A stretch of 64,000 nucleotides of DNA. It comes from Eledone cirrhosa (lineage: Eukaryota). Position numbers and translations under genes: made by a program. Shown here in pieces: positions 55,496 through 64,000 of this stretch (positions within the stretch are counted from its first letter, which is position 1; every line of letters starts with the position of its first letter). The notes beneath the pieces were generated by a model. The model had not been told where the DNA came from. It searched no databases and worked only from the letters and a program-made list of their open reading frames with translations. The DNA is taken from the NCBI GenBank assembly GCA_964016885.1, contig OZ024741.1:46624001-46688000 (forward strand), written 5' to 3'.

Positions 55496-57334
55496 ATACT
55501 CATCTTTTTCCATCTCTCTGAGGGTTCTAAAACCCCACTATCAGGCTAAAAACTTCTTTAGTCAAAATACGGTGAAAGCTTATATTTCTAATTTAAAACA
55601 CACACAATATATATACATTCGATCGATTTTCGTCAAATCGGACTGAGGAAACAATGTTATATATATATATATCTATTATAGAGAGAGAGAGAGAGATGCG
55701 TTATGTCCTTGAGCAAAACACTTTATTTCACGTTGCTCCTTCTACCTGGAGTTGCGACCGATAGATAGTATTAGTAATTGGAAAGACCAATGGAAACCTT
55801 GTTTCCTCGGTCCGATTTGATGAAAGTCGATCGAATGTATATATATATATATCGTGTGTTTGAAATTAGAAATATAAGCTTTCACCGTATTTTTTACTAA
55901 AGAAATTTTTAGCCTGATAGTGGGGTTTTAGAACCCTCAGAGAGATGGAAAAAAGATGAGTATTGACGTACATGGGAGTCGAACCCACATCTTTGGTTAT
56001 CCAGACCACTGTGATACCATTACACCAACACATCACCCATCTCCTTCGATTCAAATTATATATATATAAAACGAAGGAGGGAGTTGTGGTAAGGAACCAG
56101 ATGGACCATAACGCCCAGAGTACTCAATACTTAGGGTAGTAGAGTGTGTAATAGGAAAAAGTATGACCCCGACGGTAGAGCTCAAGCCGTTTCGACGGCT
56201 ATTTCTGGACTAAATTAGAATTTTTAGTCTGGTAAATAAATAGCCGAACTTGTCAAGAGATACTTCCGTATATGAGAAGATTGTAGTTGTCAAGAGGATT
56301 GGTCAAAATTTGTTGTAAACACAAATAAGTCTATCAAGTGGGTGGGAGGTGGGGGTGGCTGAACTTGCCTGTAGAGCAAAGAGGGAGTAGGTGGAGCCGG
56401 TCAAGCGTTGAAAGTGAAATCTATACGGCAAATTCTAAGGATTGTGTATGAAAGTAGGCCAGAGGAGGTAGGCAAAAAAAGGTTTCTGGAGAAAATAGAG
56501 GAGGGACGTTATAGAATAGGTAAATCAAATGAGATTTGGAGACAATAAAAAAATAATAAAAAATAAGAGAAAGATATATAAAAATATAAAATTGGATGGT
56601 GAGAAGTGATAAAAAACAAAAACTATAGAGTCTAAAAAAGTTGCTATATTTAGTTGGTGTTGCTTTTTCGGCCAATGTTATAGAATAGAGTTGAGAATAG
56701 AAGATACTAAATAAGAATTATTGAAATTGTAGAATTGGATAGTAAAAAGTAATACAAAATCTCTGGGGTCTAACACAGCTTCTATGATTAGGTAGTATAG
56801 CGTATTCGGCCAATGCTATCTTTAAGTTACTGGGGTGGGGGTACTGAGGCTACAGAGGCCCGATGGGCTGCCTCGGGGTAGACGAAAGGGGGAAAAAAGA
56901 ACGAGGAAGAATATCGGTGGTGGAAGGAGGGGATAGGAGGAGACAAAGGGAAGAAGAAAACATAGAGGAAAAGAAAATCAGGTACATCTACCTATGTAAG
57001 CTGGGGTTTCCCCTATCTTATTCGGCAAGTGGGGTTTTTCAGCCCTTGTCTACCCACCCAGATCGCTGTTTACGAAGGATCAACTCCTAAACAAAAAAGA
57101 AGGAACTGGTAACTGCATGCAAACACAGATTGCGTAAGACTGACATCTCCTTCAAACCCATGTAGCCTCAGTACCCCCACCACAGTAAATACTAGGTAAA
57201 AACTAGGTAGGTAACTAATTAAAGTTTAACTAGAACTTCAAATATTACCTTTTAAAAATAATTAATTTTACAAATTATCCCCTGTCATTGTTTCATGAGT
57301 TTATTTTAAATATATATATCAATCAATTTCTAGT

Positions 57335-57416
<82 letters not shown>

Positions 57417-57471
57417 GTGAGGTTTTTTTTACAAAATGAAAAATAACCGAGGTGTCCTACACGAGTGAAAG

Positions 57472-57740
57472 TATAAAGAAAAAGAGATGAAATCGAAAAT
57501 GCAACTGGAGTTTTATTTTTTTTTTTTAAATATATATATTTATTTGGTTCCTTTACCGGTTTCGCAGTTCTTCTGCTTTTCAAAAGGTGAGTTGAGATGG
57601 AGGGTCTGTGGTTTTTCTCACATCTGTGAGAAAAACCACAGAAGAACTGCGAAACCGGTAAAGGAACCAAATAAATATATATATATATATTTTTTAAAAG
57701 ACTCCAGTTGCATTTTCGATTTCATCTCTTTTTCTATATA
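57472..57740. repeat. Nested fold-back hairpin
   Basis: aaagagatgaaatcgaaaatgcaactggag mirrored at ~57700-57735; ttggttcctttaccggtttcgcagttcttctg mirrored at ~57638-57670; inner ctgtggtttttctcaca/tgtgagaaaaaccacag. Confidence 0.92.
57550..57587 (-). ncRNA. Minimal hammerhead with U3-A8 compensatory core
   Basis: CCTT-TTGAAAA-GCAG aagaa CTGC-GAA-ACCGGT-A-AAGG, then aaccaaataaa. Confidence 0.65.
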
Positions 57741-58317
57741 TATATATAGTAATAATAATAAATTTGAAGACTAAAATCCAAAGAGGGCTCGATAAGGATA
57801 AATATATATCAAATATATAAAAACCGTAGAGCAAATATAAGAGTTTCAGAAGATCCCGTTAAGAGTGAAAGCAGCGATTCTTTGCTTAAACTTTAATCTG
57901 TTATTTTAATATATATATAGCGAGATCGGATTTCGGCTGAGGTCGAAAACAAAGCTAAATGCAATATCTGAGTTATGCTGGCAAGCGCTCCATGGACCAA
58001 ATAAAGACCAGAGCAATAAACATAGGTTAAAGAGGCCAAATAAACTGAGATGGCGGTCAAAAAGCCATCAACCACCTAAGCGAAAAAGACGAGGCAAGCG
58101 AAACAGGTCAAACAAAATAATTGAATATTTACCCGGACCCCTGGAAAAGATGGTATAATCCAGTAAAGGGTTTCTGCGACACCTAAATCAATTATACTGC
58201 CTGCTTAAATAGTAAGCTTTTGGTATAATGATCGAACAAGACTGTCACTTCGTCAACAGGTATTTTGTTCTACGCCAGCATGCAGGATCACGCAGTGGTA
58301 TGTAGTAGTAAATCCAC

Positions 58318-58369
<52 letters not shown>

Positions 58370-58373
<4 letters not shown>

Positions 58374-59168
58374 AAAAGGAAAAGAATGACTTCACTTGTA
58401 GTGTTAAATAATTTGATTTAATTTTATAATATTATAATATTAAGAGTTGGTAGACCTAGTGGATTGTGAGTGATGACAAAAGGATAACTATTTTTTTCCA
58501 TTCTATTTTGTTGTTTTGCTTTTCTCAGTGTTGTCACTGGGATGTTCTGGGATTTTGAGATGGCTGTGTTGATGAGGTTCACCGGATATTCTTGTCTTTT
58601 AAGGAACTCTTTTAATTCATGGAATAGAAGCCAAGAAGACCTGAAAAGATTCCATTCCATCATAAACAATCTTCACGAAGGAATAAAATTCACCATGGAA
58701 TGTAATAAAAAGGAACTACCGTTCCTGGATATCCTTATCATTAAGGAAGGGGAAAATATCAAAACAGACTTATTTTACAAACCAACAGACACACACCAAT
58801 ACTTGAATTTCCGTTCAGCACACCCATCACATACCAAAGGGAACATTCCTTTTAACATGGCAAGACGTATCTGCACCATACTGACACACCCCACACTACA
58901 GAAAAAAAATTATATGAATTAAAAGAGTTCCTTAAAAGACAAGAATATCCGGTGAACCTCATCAACACAGCCATCTCCAAAGCCCAGAACGTCCCAGTGA
59001 CAACACTGAGAAAAGCAAAGCAACAAAATAGAATGGAAAAAATAGTTATCCTTTTGTCATCACTCACAATCCACTAGATCTACCAACTCATAATATTATA
59101 ATATTATAAAATTAAATCAAATTATTTAACACTATTATTCAAGTGAAGTCATTCTTTTCCTTTTTTTC
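58370..59168 (+). mobile_element. Penelope-like element RT C-terminal/thumb fragment (58620-59085) with a ~250-bp inverted duplication (58370-58620 vs 58914-59168)
   Basis: INNLHEGIKFTME...LPFLDILI...TDLFYKPTDTHQYLNFRSAHPSHTKGNIPFNMARRICTI...ELKEFLKRQEYP is typical of PLE RTs. Confidence 0.88.
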
Positions 59169-59484
59169 AAATATACCTAACTGTACCAAGGATCTCATAC
59201 ATTTTCTAATATATATATATATGTATGTATCCCTCTTCCACTCTTTGTTTCGTTTCGTTTTTGTACCAAAAATAAAGCATGTTATATCTATATATTTTTA
59301 CGACGTGTTTTTACAAAGACTGACTTTTGGGACACAAAACATCGCTTGTTATCTGGAGTTCAAGAGATTATCAGTGATTATCTATAGCAAATATATTGTA
59401 AATATATTGCAAATATATTTAAAATATATATATATATATACGATATATTAACAAATGGAAACTATATTTATAAAACCATATTTA

Positions 59485-59545
59485 TTTCATTATACATATT
59501 TCAAGGACACCAAGTTAAATTATGGTGTGCTTTCATCAGATAAAA
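59485..59545 (-). ncRNA. Minimal type-I hammerhead ribozyme, homologue of 43122-43178
   Basis: TTTTAT-CTGATGA-aagcACACCA taatttaact TGGTGTcctt-GAA-ATATGTAT-A-ATGAAA, then AATAAA. Confidence 0.78.
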
Positions 59546-59650
59546 TATAATATAGATCAGTTTTATAAATAAATATTGACATACCCTTAAAGAATGCGAC
59601 CATTTCGGTTGGAAGCTCCCGGATAGTCTAAATGACTATCCGGGAGCTTC

Positions 59651-59766
<116 letters not shown>

Positions 59767-61322
59767 AAAAATATTGAACGGTAGTGTGAAAATATGAGAG
59801 AGATAATATATTTACACAGATGCGTACACGCAATACACACATAGACACGCAAAAACATACATACATATATACACACATACATACATACATACATACATAC
59901 ATACATACATACATACATACATACATACATACAAACTGCATATACACATGTACAGATACAAAGCATATACACATGCACACATACAACTCAAAACATACAC
60001 ATCCACACATACAATAACATCCATATCTACACATGCATGCATACATACATATCTACCTAGTTGATGTGTAAATTCCAATGAGAGAGTCTTGTGTCTACAT
60101 ACATACAAACATGGTGGCTTCCAACTCGTTTTCGAGTACGGCCACTACTTTATATCCATGTAGGAGAACTCCTACCGATGCGCTGAATGAGTGTGAGTTC
60201 TTAGTCAGCCAACGACTTGAAAACTCTGGTACAAACACTACACTTGTTACAATTATTGACACATAGTGCTGGGCCCATGGTACCATGTGACGACAAGTGC
60301 AGAGAGATCTCCAGATATAAAGCAATGCCTGTGCCGTGAAGCTTTTATAGTGAGCAAAGGCACTGCACAAAGCCAGTCCCACTCTCTTAACCAAGATGAT
60401 ATTTACCAAAAAGAAGAACAAGTCAACATCATTGGATACCATCAGGGTTGCAGGTGTTATATCAGAGTTTCCCTTCTCCTAGAGTTCTGCCTTGACAAAG
60501 GCTAAGGGATCATCTCTCCCAGTGATTTTGGATGGCCATTGACTCTTAAGAGCTCCTTTGCCCTTTGACAGGTTTTGTTTTTATTCCTGCAGGATGTCCA
60601 AAGTCACCCTCCTCACCAAGAAACCTTGGTGGGGTTGCCAGTTTAATCGCCAACGACCCGACCATGAGTCAGGTTGTACTGGGATACATACATACATACA
60701 TACATACATACATACATACATACATACATACATACATACATACTTAGAAATATACATACATGCGTACAAATATACATACATACAAATATACATACATACA
60801 TGAATACATACATATATACGTGTGCACATATACACATATGCACACACGCGCACACACACATGCATTCACTCTCACATCCACACATACAAGCAAACACACA
60901 AACACACACTGAATCAGATATCAGTACACGTAGGCTTACACTACACACAAGGAGACACAGAAAAAAATATCAGGAACTAATTTTTTTTAACAAAACAATA
61001 CGAAAATAAGGAACGAAACAAAAGTTAAAAGTAACATCATATTTAGTAGATGTGATGGGAAAGTAGCCAAGACACCTAACATTCACAATAACAATCCAAT
61101 TTGGCGCTGGTGATAAATCAAGAAACACGTACAAGACCACCAGAAAACAGTATGATGAAATACAATAGCCCAATAGTGATACCAGTGACTTCGTGTGCGT
61201 GACTAATTCCAACGGTGTAAATGAATCTAAATTTGGTGTCTCTTTAAATTTTTCACATATTTTTCTCAAGTCAACGTATGTGTGTATATATATATATATA
61301 TATTTAAATGTATATATGCATG

Positions 61323-61395
<73 letters not shown>

Positions 61396-61441
61396 ATGTG
61401 TGTGTGTGTGTGTACGTGTGTGTGTACGTGTGTGTGTGTGT

Positions 61442-61497
<56 letters not shown>

Positions 61498-62229
61498 TAA
61501 ATTTCAGAAAGCCAGTACAATGCGGTAGAAATATATTAAAGGACAAAGGATGACAAATAAAACAAAACAAAGTAATGCTTTGCTTTTATTTTTATCTAGA
61601 ATATTTCAAGATAATATTTCAGGGCTAATACGCTCTTTTCTATTGTAAAAACGGAGACGGATCAAAACAAAATGAACGATCGATGTGTTCTTCCCTAACT
61701 GATCTAAAATATCTAAAATACGTATGCTTAGAGAAGTTATAGTAGCCACTCTGCTCTGTGCAGTTCTAATCTGTTATTATTTATGGCTTTTTTTTTTTGT
61801 TGATAACACTAGCCTATTTCATTCTTAAATTTCCTACCTTTCTTTCCGTCGCCTCTTTGGTGACTTTAATGTCTTAGTTGCGGCATTTCTCAAGGTGTTC
61901 TTTGACTAAAGAACTTCTCTTTGTCATGTGCTCTTTCATCAGCATGTGCAGCATGGCACTTCCGATGTACGAGGAGCTACATTGTTTACATCTGACCTTG
62001 TAGACTACATACGCTCTCATGCACATCAGGTCGTAGCTACATCACTGGCTTGTGAGAGTTTTCTTGGTAGTTAAAGGTATCACTCATTGCTCCATCTGCC
62101 CTAGTAGTTGAACCAGAGTTTCTGATTCATCCAGCAGGAGCCCGCTAATATCGCAATTAACTAACATATCTGGTAACCGTATCGATAGCTGCCACATGCG
62201 GCCAGCTCTCTAACAGAATGCTCTGCCGA

Positions 62230-62590
62230 GAACCCTTACAGGAGAGGAGCAAGAACTGGTGGAGGGAGCCAGATGTTACCGGCTAGATATAGTTGGGTTT
62301 CCTCAACAAAGTTCCGTAAATCTGGTACTTTAAATTTGGATGGCAACTCAACTATTCAGATGTGACGCCAGAAAAGACTGCACAGCGGGAGTGGAATACT
62401 CACAAGCCACCGGCTTGAAGCTCTGATTAAAATATATGTCTCTGTGTGTTGTAGAGGTGTATGCACCAAACAGAATCCCGAATACAGGTCCTTCCTTGAT
62501 GAAGTCACTGCAGCGTTAAATGTAGTTATGAATAAGTCATATATCCTAATGGGAGACTTCAATGCACATATTGGCACTGACTACCTGACC
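62230..62590 (+). pseudogene. Decayed AP-endonuclease fragment of an RTE-like LINE
   Basis: Manual translation TLTGEEQELVEGARCYRLDIVG...VYAPN...FLDEV...LMGDFNAHIG, with frameshifts. Confidence 0.7.
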
Positions 62591-62613
62591 TGACATGTAA
62601 AGGATTCATTCTT

Positions 62614-62649
62614 TCTTCTGATGAAGGACTAGCGTCCGAAACGTCAAGA
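62614..62649 (+). ncRNA. Canonical minimal type-I hammerhead ribozyme
   Basis: TCTT-CTGATGA-a-GGAC tagc GTCC-GAA-ACGT-C-AAGA. GUC cleavage triplet; 4-nt palindromic stem III. Confidence 0.82.
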
Positions 62650-62791
62650 CCCTCTTCCTGCTGTTTCAAGCGTTAACCTAATATATTCCTTCCATATACT
62701 GTATCGATTGTGTTATTTCTGTTTACCTTTTACATACATAAATATATGTGTGTGTGGGGGGGGGGGTGCATTAACCTTAATTATTATTATT

Positions 62792-62965
62792 TGGCAGTAT
62801 CGGTAGAGCGTCAGACGCCATGTTTTGCAGCATAGAGTTATGACCCTTTACTTTCTAAGTTCAAATCCCGCCGAGGTTAACTTTGCCTTTCATCCTTACG
62901 AGGTCTATAAAATAAAGCACCAGTTATGCACTGGAGTAATTACTGGCCTTGTGCCAAATAGTAGA

Positions 62966-62968
<3 letters not shown>
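62792..62968 (+). mobile_element. SINE family A copy
   Basis: tggcagtatcggtagagcgtc...aagttcaaatcccgccgagg...ggccttgtgccaaatagtagaaac. Confidence 0.85.
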
Positions 62969-63043
<75 letters not shown>

Positions 63044-63334
63044 ATATATATTTGTGAAATGGGTGGTGGTTGAAATTCAGATGTGCACGGTTAAATGGTA
63101 GTAGACGTGGTCGGACTGACATGAAAATTTACACACCTATGTAAAAAGTGCCAAGGAAGCAAATAGACGAGGTTTCAAATCTCTAACTTGAAAAATATGG
63201 TCCCTTGGGCCCCAAAACTATCGCGTTCGGTGAGTTATTTACCCCTGTTCTAATACTTTTGTCTTATTTACAATTTCATACAAATAAAGCAGTAAATAAA
63301 GGATTATGAGTTCATGCAATTGGCTTATGTTTCG

Positions 63335-63376
<42 letters not shown>

Positions 63377-64000
63377 GAAAACGCTTTAATAAAAAAAAAA
63401 TCAACTGTAATGTATGTATCCATGTATTTATGTGTTTATATGAGCGGGGATATGCAAGTAAATCTTACTTTGTGGACAGCTTATCCTTAGCATAATATTC
63501 ATGCTAGAACAGCATATATTTGAAAGTTTTCAGGGAGTTGAATTACTGATTTTGGATTGGCAGCTTTAGGTTTGAAAAAATGAAATGTGCAGTGTAAACA
63601 TGTTTTTATTATTCCTCCGGGGATGAATCTTCTCTGCCTTTTTCCATCTCTTTCTTTCTCTCTGGAAGAAATCAGCCGTAGTAAGACCTAAAAAATGGTT
63701 AGATACACCATGACGCACCGTGCATCACGGTGGAGTTGAAAAGAAGACTCATAACATGGCGTTTTGTGGGGGTGGCTCGCAGCCCAATGTTCCAGAGGGA
63801 GCAAAAGAAGATAACGAAGAAGATGTGAGCTGGAGTCCTATCAAATATGTAGGATATCTTAAATTGAAGGTTTAGTAGAAACATTTCATGTATAGTTTTG
63901 TACTTTTCTTTTTGTCATTCATATATAAACAAATCTACTATATAAATTGGAAGTGGTCGGACGTTGTATATGTAGGTGTAGTTGGATAAACGTCGAAACG

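Noticed and set aside
60170-60510. Decayed RTE-like C-terminus with C2H2-like motif (CSVCTRVFKS...H) on the minus strand
   Set aside because: Too degraded and frameshifted to call with confidence.
63675-63880. Possible exon encoding MAFCGGGSQPNVPEGAKEDNEED
   Set aside because: Very short, no recognisable domain; needs RNA-seq or the adjacent window.
63960-64000. gacgtt...aacgtc-GAAACG at the window edge as another hammerhead
   Set aside because: No CUGANGA core upstream, and the motif is truncated by the window end.

Overview
Gene-poor, AT-rich, microsatellite-saturated eukaryotic DNA. The SINE and microsatellite content suggests an invertebrate, probably an octopus-like cephalopod (inference). 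Bases 1-10630 are a strand-asymmetric (GTGTG/GTGAT)n-type satellite with kb-scale internal duplications. The only long protein-coding homology is retrotransposon: two head-to-tail Tx1/L1-group non-LTR elements (21518-27330 and 27391-31046) sit in one (ATT)n microsatellite together with a 40-bp 3' stub, and there are fragments of a Penelope-like RT, RTE-like LINEs and a mariner-type MITE. Many tRNA-derived SINEs are present. Most notable: about a dozen minimal type-I hammerhead ribozyme (HHR) motifs, from at least five unrelated short repeat families mostly bordered by (TA)n. Nearly all have a palindromic stem III, some show stem covariation, and some have a U3-A8 core variant. More than ten local fold-back (inverted) duplications of such short repeats also occur. 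No host protein-coding gene could be supported; nearly all ORF-track entries are microsatellite translation artefacts.
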